This document shows, in pieces, positions 25,623 to 34,778 of a stretch of 64,000 nt of DNA. The notes beneath the pieces are model-generated. The model searched no databases, was not told where the DNA came from, and was given only the letters and a program-made list of their open reading frames with translations. A program made the translations under genes and the position numbers. This DNA is from Candidatus Sumerlaeia bacterium (lineage in GTDB: Bacteria > Sumerlaeota > Sumerlaeia > SLMS01 > JANRJK01): contig JANRJK010000019.1 of assembly GCA_033764015.1 (NCBI GenBank), forward strand, positions 4,872 through 68,871, read 5' to 3'. The first letter of the stretch is position 1. Each line of letters starts with the position of its first letter.

Positions 25623-27028
25623 TGGTGGATGATCGCAAGCAAAGCGGCGCCGCGCGCCCCAAGAAGGGCGGCGAGGCGGAGGTGGTCGTCGAGTCGCTCG
25701 CGTTCGGCGGCGCGGGAGTCGCCCGCGCCGACGGCTTCGTCCTCTTCGTCCCGCACACCGCGCCGGGCGACCGGCTCCGCGTGGTGGTCACGAAGTCCAA
25801 GGGCTCCTGGGGCGAGGCCCGCGGGCGCGAACTCCTCGAAGCCGGCCCCGCCCGCGTCGAGCCCCTGTGCCCCCTCGTCGGCACCTGCGGCGGCTGCAAC
25901 TGGCAGCACGTCTCCATCGAGGCCCAGCGCGAGGCCAAGGAGCGCATCGTCCGCGACGCGCTCCGCCAGATCGCCGGCCTCGCCGACGCCGTCGTCGAAC
26001 CGCTCGTCGAGAGCCCCGACACCTGGCGCTACCGCAACAAGATGGAGTTCACCTTCGGCGCCTCGCGCCTCGACGGCGGCCTGGTGGCCGGCTTCCACGA
26101 GGCCGGCAACTGGCGACACATCCTCGACGCGGAGCGCTGCTGGCTCGCGCCCGAGTCGATGGAGCGCGCGCTCCGCGCCGCCGTCGCCGAGGGCGCCCGC
26201 CAGGGGCTCTCCGCCTGGTGCCCCCACGAAAAGCGCGGCACGCTCCGCCAGCTCGTCGTCCGCCACAGCGTCCACGAGGACGCGCTGCTCGCGCTGCTCC
26301 TCACCGGCGACGAATCGCTCGATTTCCCCGCCTTCGCCGCCGCGCTGCGGAGCGCGGAGCCCTCGCTCAAGGCGGTCGTCTGGGGCCTCAACGCGCGCGA
26401 CAGCGACGTCGCCCGCGCGGAGCGCGTGCTCGCCACCGACGGCGACGCGTTCCTGGAGGAGCGCCTCGGCGGCCTCCGCTTCCGCATTTCGCCCGCCAGC
26501 TTCTTCCAGTCGAACACCCGCGGCGCGGAACGCCTCTACGAGGTGGTGCGCGGATACGCCTCGCTCACCGGCGCGGAAAGCGTCCTCGACGCCTACTGCG
26601 GCACCGGGACCATCGCGCAGTACTGCGCGCCCGCCGCGCGCGAGGTCCTGGGCCTCGAACTGCTCACCGAGGCGGTCTGGGACGCGCGCGAGAACGCCGA
26701 GCGCAACGGCCTCGCGAACTGCCGGTTCGTCTCCGGCGACATCCGCCACACGCTCCCCGTGGCGCTCGGCTCCATGCCCGGGCGCATCGACCGCGTGATC
26801 GTCGACCCCCCGCGCGGCGGCATGGAGCGCAAGGCGCTCGAGCAACTCCTCGCGATCCGCGCCCCCGTTTTCGTCTACGTCTCCTGCAACCCCACGACCA
26901 TGGCCCGCGACCTGCAGCAGGCGCTCGAGGCCGGCTACCGGCTCGACCGCGTCCGCCCCGTCGACATGTTCCCCCAGACGTACCACGTCGAGGCGGTCGC
27001 CCGCCTCGTCCTCGGAGGCGGCGCTTGA
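25622..27028 (+). CDS. rlmD: 23S rRNA (uracil-5)-methyltransferase, RlmD/RumA family
   Basis: TRAM domain, Fe-S Cys cluster CPLVGTCGGCNWQH, YRNKMEF, and a SAM methyltransferase fold (DAYCGTGT...DPPRGG). ATG overlaps the upstream stop (TGATG). Confidence 0.85.
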   Translation: MVDDRKQSGAARPKKGGEAEVVVESLAFGGAGVARADGFVLFVPHTAPGDRLRVVVTKSKGSWGEARGRELLEAGPARVEPLCPLVGTCGGCNWQHVSIEAQREAKERIVRDALRQIAGLADAVVEPLVESPDTWRYRNKMEFTFGASRLDGGLVAGFHEAGNWRHILDAERCWLAPESMERALRAAVAEGARQGLSAWCPHEKRGTLRQLVVRHSVHEDALLALLLTGDESLDFPAFAAALRSAEPSLKAVVWGLNARDSDVARAERVLATDGDAFLEERLGGLRFRISPASFFQSNTRGAERLYEVVRGYASLTGAESVLDAYCGTGTIAQYCAPAAREVLGLELLTEAVWDARENAERNGLANCRFVSGDIRHTLPVALGSMPGRIDRVIVDPPRGGMERKALEQLLAIRAPVFVYVSCNPTTMARDLQQALEAGYRLDRVRPVDMFPQTYHVEAVARLVLGGGA

Positions 27029-27867
27029 TCGAAGCGGCCCGTGAGCTGTGGGGCGCCCGCGAGCTCGTCTTCACTCTCGTGAAGCGCGACCTCAAGATCC
27101 GCTACAAGTCCACCGCGCTCGGCTTCCTCTGGAGCTTCGGGCGGCCGCTCGCCATCATGGCGATCCTGTGGGCCGTGTTCTCCCAGTTCGTCGGCATCGA
27201 AACCGCCCACGCCGACCTGCCGTACCCGCTGCAACTGCTCTCGAGCCTCCTCCCCTGGATGTTCCTCACGGGGGCGGTCTTCGAAGCCAACGGGAGCATC
27301 CTCGCCAACGGCAACATCGTGAAGAAAATCGCCGTGCCCTCCATCGTCTTTCCGACCGCGGCGGTCCTTGGCAACCTCGTCCACCTGTTCCTGGCGCTCG
27401 GCGTGCTGGCGGTTTTCGTGCTCTTCTCCAGCATCCCCTTCGGCTGGGAAGTGCTGCTGCTTCCCTTCCTGATCGCGGTGCAAACGCTCATGCTGCTCGG
27501 CATCGCCTACCTGGTCGCGGCGCTCAATGTCTTCTACCGCGACGTCGGAAGCGTCACCGAGATCGTCGTCACGATGTGGTTCTACCTCACGCCGATCATC
27601 TACCCGCTGCAGCTCGCGCGGAACAAGCTGCGCGACGACGGCCACGAGGTGCTGTACTACCTGTACCTGCTGAACCCGATGACGCCGATCGTCTGCGCCT
27701 ACCGCCGGCTCTGGTTCGGCTCGCTCCTGCGCCACGGCGGACGCGAACTGGACGACAAGACGCTCCTGCTCGCGGTGGCCTCCTCGACGGTGTTCGCGGT
27801 GCTGGTCTTCCTGGCGGGCCAGGCGGTGTTCCGGCGCCTGAGCGACCGCTTCGCCGACGAACTCTAG
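27025..27867 (+). CDS. ABC-2 type transporter permease (Wzm/KpsM/TagG-like polysaccharide exporter)
   Basis: VFTLVKRDLKIRYKSTALGFLWSFGRPL signature with six TM helices. TTG start overlaps the rlmD stop. No ATPase partner is adjacent. Confidence 0.65.
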   Translation: MIEAARELWGARELVFTLVKRDLKIRYKSTALGFLWSFGRPLAIMAILWAVFSQFVGIETAHADLPYPLQLLSSLLPWMFLTGAVFEANGSILANGNIVKKIAVPSIVFPTAAVLGNLVHLFLALGVLAVFVLFSSIPFGWEVLLLPFLIAVQTLMLLGIAYLVAALNVFYRDVGSVTEIVVTMWFYLTPIIYPLQLARNKLRDDGHEVLYYLYLLNPMTPIVCAYRRLWFGSLLRHGGRELDDKTLLLAVASSTVFAVLVFLAGQAVFRRLSDRFADEL

Positions 27868-28592
27868 CGCCCGAGCGCCTTCACGGCGAACGCGCCCAGC
27901 CGCCAGAGCGCCTCCAGCGGCAGCGTTCCGAACGCCCGCTCCGCGTGCTTGCCGTGCATCATGCGCCCCGCCCCCTCCGCCACCATCAGCGCCAGGACCA
28001 ACAGCTCCACCGGCCCCGGCGGCGACGCGGCGTCCCCCGCGCCGAGGCCCGCCGCGAACAGGCGCGCGATGGCGATCGCCCCCAGCGTGAGGCCCAGCGT
28101 GAACTCCACCATCCCGCTCCGCGCCGTGGCCCGCGCCGTGTCGAAGTGCAGCCGTTCCGCCAGCAGCTCCTGCGCGCCGCCGGGAAGCACCCCCAGCGCC
28201 CAGTCGTACCAGCCGGCGGCCTCGCTCCGGGTGGTCTCCTTCTCGCGCTCCTGCCGCGCCATCTCCTCCTCGAGCAGCGCCTCCGCTGTCAGCAGCACCT
28301 TGTGCGGCGCCCGGACGCCCTCCGCGAGCGGCTCCGCCACATAGAGCCAACCGGCCCCGTCCGCGCGCTCCTCCTCGAGCCGGAACAGACCGCCCTCGAA
28401 CTCGAAGACCGTGGCGACCATGCCGGCGCGGCCGGGCACCGAGGTGTCGTGCGTGCGTGGGATCCATTCCGTGCGCCGCGCCTCGCACGCGACGTACAGC
28501 ACCGCGGCTCCCTCCGCGCCGATGGCGCAGGCGTGGATTCCGGGGAAGAGCTCGGACCAGGTTGGCTCGGCCATCGGTTCGTCGTGCGACAT
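27864..28592 (-). CDS. hypothetical protein with C-terminal TM segments
   Basis: 242-aa ORF; its stop overlaps the ABC-2 permease stop region. No family recognised. Confidence 0.4.
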   Translation of the reverse strand: MSHDEPMAEPTWSELFPGIHACAIGAEGAAVLYVACEARRTEWIPRTHDTSVPGRAGMVATVFEFEGGLFRLEEERADGAGWLYVAEPLAEGVRAPHKVLLTAEALLEEEMARQEREKETTRSEAAGWYDWALGVLPGGAQELLAERLHFDTARATARSGMVEFTLGLTLGAIAIARLFAAGLGAGDAASPPGPVELLVLALMVAEGAGRMMHGKHAERAFGTLPLEALWRLGAFAVKALGR

Positions 28593-28635
28593 TAGAGAGT
28601 CGGAGCGGGCGGCGTGCCGTGCGGACGGCGCGCGC

Positions 28636-31600
28636 CTAGCGCTCCGCCAGCGGCCCCAGCTCCGGCAACCCCTCCTCGGGCGCCACGTCCAGCGCGAGAC
28701 GGTCGCGCGCGACTTGCGTGTAGGGCGCCTCCGGCGCGACTTCGACGGCGCGCTGGTAGGATTGGCGCGCCTTCTCGCGCTCGCCGAGCCGTTCGTAGGT
28801 GAGCCCCAGCGTCGTCCAGGCGCGCGTGTGGCGCTGTTCGATCGCGACCGCCTTCTTCAGCGCCTCCTCCGCCTTGGAGTACTGCTCGAGGCGGAAGAAG
28901 GCGGAGCCGACGTTGTTGAGCACGTCGGGGTTCTCGGGCTCGCTCTCCAGCGCGATCTGGTACTGCTCGAGCGCGGGCCTCATGCGGCCGAGCCGCTGCA
29001 GGAAGTTGCCGTAGTCGTTGTTCGCCGCCGCCACCTTGTAGCCGGAGGAGGTCGCTCGCAGGAAGGACGATTCGGCGCGGGCGTCCGCGCCCATCGCGGC
29101 GAACGTGTGCGCGAGGTAGAGCGCGGGCGCGGCCGCCTTCGGATTCAGCGCCAGCGCCGCGTGGAAGTCCGTGTGCGCCGCCGCTAGGTCCGACTTCAGC
29201 AGCTCGATGAACCCGCTCTCCATCGCCTCGCGGTAGCGCCGCTCCCGCTGCGCCGCAAGCGCGGGCAGCGCCAGCGCCCCCGCCAGCGCCACGAGCGTCA
29301 GCCCCAGCGTCAGCGAAGTCGCCGTGCGCATTCCCGCGGGGTAGGGCATGTCCATGTCGCGGACGATGTGCAGCTCGCTGTAGAACCGGTGGCACGACCA
29401 GTGGCGGTTCAGCACCTGCTGCAGCGCGTTGAGCACCCCCTGCCGGTCCCGGGTGTAGGGCTTCATATCCAGCACCCAGCGGAGCGGCAACTCGCTCGGC
29501 TGCCGCACCAGGAATTCGCCCTTCGCCTGGTGCCCCTTCGGGACGAACTCGCCGTGCGGATCCGCCCAGGGGGCCGAGACCTCCTCCATGAAGTGGCGGA
29601 GCAGCACATGCGCCGTCAGCAGCATCGGGTAGATCTCGATCAGGAACAGCAGCAGCAGCGCGCCCGCGGGCCAGGCGAGCAGCGGAACAAGACTGTCCTG
29701 CGTCCAGGCGAGCGCCGCCAGCCCGGCCAGCAGGACCAACGAAATCCCGAGCGCGAACAGCAGGCGCCAGGTCGAGATCACCGGCACTTCGACGCCGGTG
29801 TGGTCGCGCACCCACCACGAGATCCGCTGCGCCTGGCGGTTCATCGCGCTCCAGGGCAGGCGCCCCTTCGGCAGCGGGTGGTGGTGGTCCGGCTTGGGCC
29901 GCTTGTTCGCCGGCAACGCGATGGTGCGGTGCTTCTGGAGGCTGCGCCACAGCACGACCGACAATCCCGCGCCGATCACCGCCAGCACCGCGCGCGCCAG
30001 GTGCATCTGGGGATCGAGCGACACCGTCACGAAGTAGCCGTACCACCAAAGCAGCCCCGAGAGCGCGATCGGCAGCCGCCCCAGGTCCAGAGGCGCGGAC
30101 GACAGCGAGAGCACCGATTCGATCTTCTGCCGCACGATCACGTTGGCGGGGTCGATCAGGAGGATCTCCCGGTAGCACTCCGCCTCCTTCGCGCGCTCGC
30201 GCGTCTGCTCGTAAAGCGCGGCGAGCGTGGACCACGCCTCGACGCGGCGCGGGTCCTCCTGGATCGCCATCTGCACCGCGCGGATGCACTCGTCCGGAGG
30301 GCGCTCCTCCATCACCATGTCCATCGCCTTCTCGAACTTGGCGACGAAGTCGTTCTTCGATTTCAGCGTCAGACGCGAGTCCCACGGATCGAAGTCCGCC
30401 TCGCGCATGTTCTCCAACTCGCGCCCCTTCTCGACCTCGGAGAGCTGCGTGGGCGCCCCGCAGTGCTTGCACTCGCGGTCCTCGGCGCCGAGCGCCAGGC
30501 CGCACATGCGGCAGTCGTGCTGCTGCGCCATCGTGGCGACCACTTCCTCGCCCGCGAAGCGCACGGTCTCGTCCGCTTCCGGCAGCACCGCGTCGCCGGG
30601 CCGGGCCGTGTGCCAGGCGACGGAACCCACCAGCCACGCGCCAAGCAGCAGCGGCAGCACCACCAGCAGCAGCGCGCTCCGGGTGTCGGGCTGGTTCTCC
30701 TCGTCCTGCAGGGTGACGACTTCAAAGCGTTCCCAGGCGGGGCTGTCGCGGTCGATCTCCGAGCGCTCACCTCCGAGCGCCGTGCGGCTGCGCTTCACCG
30801 TCCCGCCCCAGAGCTCCGGGTCAGCGAGCGAGGCGAACAGGCCCTCGCCCAGCATCGACTCGCGACGCACCACCGCGTCGATCCGCCGCTCGTGCTCGGC
30901 CAGCCACTCGGAGGCGCGGAGCCCGGCGACCGTGCCGCGGAACTCCTCGACGATGCGGCGCAGGATCGCGAGCGTTTCCTCCAGCAGCTCCTCCGCCATC
31001 TTCGCCTGCGCCTCGATCCACAGCTCCATCGCGGAGCGCTCCGCGGGGATCGACGCGGCCAGCTCCTCGACCGTCTTGGCGTCCTTGCTTTCCGCGAGCC
31101 TCGGGAAGTCGATGAGCTTGCGCAGCTCCGCCTCCGCCTCGTCGAACTCCGTCGCGGCGATCGCCATGCGGGCCTTCACCAGGCCGAGGGAAACGGGGGC
31201 CTCCACGGTGGCCTCGCGGTGCACCTGCCGGGCCTCCTCCGCGCCGGGACTGTCGGCGAAGCGCTCGAGGTACTCCATGGCCCGCGCGGCCGCGTCGTCA
31301 AAACGCCGCGCCGCGAGCGCCTCGCGTGCCTGCGCCAGCAGATCCGCCGCCTCCAGCTCCCCGGCGCTGTCGCCAGCGATGCGCGCCAGCCGCTCCTGCG
31401 CCGCCGCCGAATCGCGCAGCGACGCCGGCGCGTCCTTCGCCAGCCGGTACGCCTCCTCCAGCTTCCCGTCGCGGATCCGGCGGCGGAACGCGTCGAAGAA
31501 GGACGCCTCCTCGCGCAATTGCCGCACGCGCGCGTCGCCGGGGCGCAGGCTCTCCACGCTCTGGATCGAGGCCAGCGCCAAGTCCACCAAGTCGCGCGAA

Positions 31601-32508
31601 TCCGCGTAGTCGTAGACGCGGAGCAGCTTGTCCGCCTCGTCCTCCGCGGAGCGCTCCTGCGCGCGTTCCTGGAACTCCGCGTAGGTGATGGCGGCGCCGC
31701 CCGTGTCGCCGGTGATCTCGAGCAGGCGCACGAACGTCGCCACGGCGTCGGGGGCGCGGTCCTCCGCGAGGAGGCGGCGGCTGCGCTCGCCGAGCAGTTC
31801 GGCGAGCTTCGGCGCGGCGAGGTCGAAGTTCTTCGCCGGGGCGAGGCGCACCAGGGCCTCGAACGCGTCGATCGCGGAATCGTTGTCGCGGACGCGCACC
31901 GCGGTTTCCGCGCGCAGCCGCTGCACCTCCTCGCGGTCCGGCGCCAGCTCCGCCGCCCGGTTCAGCGCCATCAGCGCGGCGGGATACTCCACGCGGTCGA
32001 TCAGCGCCAGCGCCCGGTCGTACTCCGCCTGCGCGTCGTCGGCGCTGGTGCGCGTCGCGGTCAGCTCCGCGCGGAGCGCCGCGAGCTCGCCAGACAGCCG
32101 CGCATGGTCCTCGTCGCCAAGCTGCCCGGCGGCGCGCATCGCGTCCAGCGAGGCGGCCCGCTCCGCGATGATCTGCAGCGCGCGCGGCCGGTTCTGCGCC
32201 GCGGCCTGCGCCCGCGCCTCCGTCACCGACTTGCGCACTTCGGATTGGACGAACTCGAGCGAGAAGCCCCGCTCCACCGAAAGCACCTGCGCCTTCGGGA
32301 ACGAAAGCGTGCTGGTGCCCGTCTCGATCCGGACCGTCTTGTCGTCCTCGTCGAGCACCTTCCCTTCGATGACGCGCCCGTTGCGGAGCGTCACTTTGTC
32401 CGCCGGCGCCAGCGCGGGAAGCAGCAGCGCCAGCAGCGCGAGCAACGCTCCCCACAGCGCCGCGCGGCGCCGGGAACGACTCGTCCCGCCAAGATCTGAT
32501 CGATGCAT
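28636..32508 (-). CDS. very large TM/TPR/zinc-ribbon protein (1291 aa), possibly a fusion
   Basis: Signal/TM start MHRSDLGGTSRSRRRAALWGALLALLALLLPALAPA. The middle has a zinc ribbon (CRMCG...CKHCG) and several internal TM helices. The C-terminal has TPR repeats (NNVGSAFFRLEQYSKAEEALKKAVAIEQRHTRAWTTLGLTYERLGE). There is no stop over 3.9 kb. Confidence 0.5.
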   Translation of the reverse strand: MHRSDLGGTSRSRRRAALWGALLALLALLLPALAPADKVTLRNGRVIEGKVLDEDDKTVRIETGTSTLSFPKAQVLSVERGFSLEFVQSEVRKSVTEARAQAAAQNRPRALQIIAERAASLDAMRAAGQLGDEDHARLSGELAALRAELTATRTSADDAQAEYDRALALIDRVEYPAALMALNRAAELAPDREEVQRLRAETAVRVRDNDSAIDAFEALVRLAPAKNFDLAAPKLAELLGERSRRLLAEDRAPDAVATFVRLLEITGDTGGAAITYAEFQERAQERSAEDEADKLLRVYDYADSRDLVDLALASIQSVESLRPGDARVRQLREEASFFDAFRRRIRDGKLEEAYRLAKDAPASLRDSAAAQERLARIAGDSAGELEAADLLAQAREALAARRFDDAAARAMEYLERFADSPGAEEARQVHREATVEAPVSLGLVKARMAIAATEFDEAEAELRKLIDFPRLAESKDAKTVEELAASIPAERSAMELWIEAQAKMAEELLEETLAILRRIVEEFRGTVAGLRASEWLAEHERRIDAVVRRESMLGEGLFASLADPELWGGTVKRSRTALGGERSEIDRDSPAWERFEVVTLQDEENQPDTRSALLLVVLPLLLGAWLVGSVAWHTARPGDAVLPEADETVRFAGEEVVATMAQQHDCRMCGLALGAEDRECKHCGAPTQLSEVEKGRELENMREADFDPWDSRLTLKSKNDFVAKFEKAMDMVMEERPPDECIRAVQMAIQEDPRRVEAWSTLAALYEQTRERAKEAECYREILLIDPANVIVRQKIESVLSLSSAPLDLGRLPIALSGLLWWYGYFVTVSLDPQMHLARAVLAVIGAGLSVVLWRSLQKHRTIALPANKRPKPDHHHPLPKGRLPWSAMNRQAQRISWWVRDHTGVEVPVISTWRLLFALGISLVLLAGLAALAWTQDSLVPLLAWPAGALLLLFLIEIYPMLLTAHVLLRHFMEEVSAPWADPHGEFVPKGHQAKGEFLVRQPSELPLRWVLDMKPYTRDRQGVLNALQQVLNRHWSCHRFYSELHIVRDMDMPYPAGMRTATSLTLGLTLVALAGALALPALAAQRERRYREAMESGFIELLKSDLAAAHTDFHAALALNPKAAAPALYLAHTFAAMGADARAESSFLRATSSGYKVAAANNDYGNFLQRLGRMRPALEQYQIALESEPENPDVLNNVGSAFFRLEQYSKAEEALKKAVAIEQRHTRAWTTLGLTYERLGEREKARQSYQRAVEVAPEAPYTQVARDRLALDVAPEEGLPELGPLAER

Positions 32509-32643
32509 GGCAACCGCCTCCACGTCCGAGGCCAATGAACCCCATTTAAGACATCGAATGTGGGCGATTCCGGCACGGCAGGTAAAGGTGAATCGGGAAT
32601 CCCATCGCCACGCGCGGTCCGCTCCCGCAAAACTCGTCCTCGC

Positions 32644-33636
32644 ATGACTCTCCCCGACACCTCCGCCAGCACGTTCCACAAGCTCGTCTACGCCTCCGTT
32701 TGCTTTGTCTGGGGCACCACCTACCTCGCGATCAAGATCGGCGTCGAAACGCTTCCGCCCTTCCTCATGGGTGGCGTGCGCTTCCTGATCGCAGGTCTGC
32801 CGCTGCTCCTGGTGCTCAAGTGGCGCGGCGCCCCCTGGCCCACGCGATCGGACTGGCCTGCGATCGCGGTCGGTGGAGTCACCATGCTCGCGATCGGCAA
32901 CGGCTTGGTGGGCTGGGCAGAGCAATGGCTCCCGAGCGGCCTCACTGCCGTGCTCGTCCTCACGTCACCCTTCGCGTACGTCGGCCTCAGCGCGCTCCTC
33001 GGCGACCGCATCGTGCCTTCCACCTGGGCGGGTCTCGCGCTGGCCTTCGTCGGAGTCCTGGTGCTGTTCGGCGGCGACATCGCGAAGCTCGCCGGCGCGC
33101 CGGACGGCGCGAAGCTCCTCTGGCCGATTGTGGCGGTGCTCGTCTCCACTGTCACGTGGGCCGTCGGCGGCGTCGTCACCGCCCGCGCGCCGTCCAAGGC
33201 GCCGCTGCTGATGACCGTCGCCTGCCAGATGCTGATCGGCGCCGCCGGCCAGCTCGCCATCAGCGCCGCCGCGGGCGAATGGGCCCGCCCGCTCGCCCCG
33301 AGCCCCGAGTCCCTCGCGGCCCTCGGCTACCTCGTCGTCGCCGGATCGTGGATCGGCTTCGGCGGCTACGTCCTCATCCTGCGCACCATGTCGCCGGACG
33401 CGGTGTCGCTGATCACCTACATCAACACCGTCGTCGCGGTGCTGGTGGGTTGGCTGCTGGGCAGCGAAACCATGAGCCTCCGCCTGGTCGCCGGCAGCGC
33501 GGTCATCATCGCCGGCGTCGCGGTGGTGAATCGGGGGCTCGCGGTCGAGAAGCGGCGCAAGGCGGAGGAAGCGCGCCGGAGGCAGGAGGAAGAGCTCAAG
33601 CTGAGCCGCGAACTGCCGAAGTTCCAGACCCAGTAG
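32644..33636 (+). CDS. EamA/DMT-superfamily transporter
   Basis: Two EamA halves with 10 TM helices; start at MTLPDTSASTFHKL. Confidence 0.8.
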   Translation: MTLPDTSASTFHKLVYASVCFVWGTTYLAIKIGVETLPPFLMGGVRFLIAGLPLLLVLKWRGAPWPTRSDWPAIAVGGVTMLAIGNGLVGWAEQWLPSGLTAVLVLTSPFAYVGLSALLGDRIVPSTWAGLALAFVGVLVLFGGDIAKLAGAPDGAKLLWPIVAVLVSTVTWAVGGVVTARAPSKAPLLMTVACQMLIGAAGQLAISAAAGEWARPLAPSPESLAALGYLVVAGSWIGFGGYVLILRTMSPDAVSLITYINTVVAVLVGWLLGSETMSLRLVAGSAVIIAGVAVVNRGLAVEKRRKAEEARRRQEEELKLSRELPKFQTQ

Positions 33637-33651
33637 CCCCGTGGTCCCCCT

Positions 33652-34626
33652 TCAGCGCTCGCGGAACTCGTAGCGCTCCACCACCTCCGGCCGCGCGCCG
33701 AGGTACTCGTAGCTGTAGAAGGAGAACCCGTTCAGCCGCGCGTCGGTGCGCGTGTGCGACAGCACGATGTACTTGTTGTCGAGCACCTCGAAGTTCGTCG
33801 AGGGCAGCCGCTGCGCGTGCAGCGGGTCGAACGGCACCCAGCCGAAATCCTCGATCCAGACCTCGGCCCAGTTGTGCTTCACCGTGTCCGCGTCCTCCAC
33901 CGTCACCCCGGTCAGGACGCGCGCCGGGAAGCCCGACGCGCGCGCCAGCGCCACGAACAGGTCCGCGTACTCCGTGCAGTCGCCCCCGCCGCGGCGCAGC
34001 GTCTCCGTCGCGCCCACCGAGTCGGGATTGTATCCGTGGTAGGCGAGCCGACGGATCACGAACTGGTGCAAGTCGTGCAGCGTCTCCGTGTCGGCCGGCC
34101 GGCGCATCCGTTGGGCGAGCCCGACAATCTCCTGCGCGTCGCTCTCGATATAGGGCTCTGGAAGCGAGAACAGCGACAGCCGCCCCGTGCCCGCCGCGCC
34201 ACCCGCGCCCGCCGCGCCGCCCTTGCCTTCCGCCCCGGCGGCGACCGCCCGCTCCCCCTCGCGCAGACGCACCCGCGCCTTCGCGAGCCCGTCCCGCTCG
34301 AGACGGACCAGATACCGGGCCTCGAACGAAACCGGCCCCGACAGGTCCTCGAAGAGGAATTCCGCGTAACTCTCGCCCTCCGCCTCGAACTCCGCCGAAG
34401 GCGCACGGGAGAACGACCGCTCGATCACCCGTTGGCGGTGGTGGATGTCGCGCGGGGAGGACTGCCGCAGGACGATCCGCCGTAGCGGCCCCCGGGGGCG
34501 GATCTCGTACCGGACCACCAGCTCGACCTCGCGGACCGGCTGGTCGAACGGTTGCGGCGTCGACGTGTGAGACTCCGATGCGAGGAAGCTCAGCAGCGCG
34601 GCGGCGGTGGCGGCCCGGGTCTTCAC
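33652..34626 (-). CDS. secreted transglutaminase-like cysteine protease domain protein
   Basis: Signal peptide, then GGGDCTEYADLFVALARASGFPARVL...HNWAEVWIEDFGWVPFDP (Cys-His-Asp transglutaminase-like core). Confidence 0.75.
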   Translation of the reverse strand: MKTRAATAAALLSFLASESHTSTPQPFDQPVREVELVVRYEIRPRGPLRRIVLRQSSPRDIHHRQRVIERSFSRAPSAEFEAEGESYAEFLFEDLSGPVSFEARYLVRLERDGLAKARVRLREGERAVAAGAEGKGGAAGAGGAAGTGRLSLFSLPEPYIESDAQEIVGLAQRMRRPADTETLHDLHQFVIRRLAYHGYNPDSVGATETLRRGGGDCTEYADLFVALARASGFPARVLTGVTVEDADTVKHNWAEVWIEDFGWVPFDPLHAQRLPSTNFEVLDNKYIVLSHTRTDARLNGFSFYSYEYLGARPEVVERYEFRER

Positions 34627-34778
34627 GCGTGCGATCCTCTAGTGGGTGCGTCTCGTCCTGTTTTGTCCACCCTTGCCGCATGCTCGGTCAAGTCTAGGCG
34701 GACACGACCCTTTACATCGGTTATGGCGGCGTTCCCCCTTGCCGGTACGCGGGAGCCCGCGCAAACCATTTCAGGACC

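Noticed and set aside
25568-26986. 472-aa minus ORF and 25629..26798 plus ORF overlapping rlmD
   Set aside because: rlmD motifs define the true frame.
28592-30637. 681-aa minus ORF and 29368..32499 1043-aa plus ORF overlapping the large TM/TPR gene
   Set aside because: Both are Arg/Gly/Ala low-complexity. The 28636..32508 frame has TM helices, a zinc ribbon and TPR repeats.
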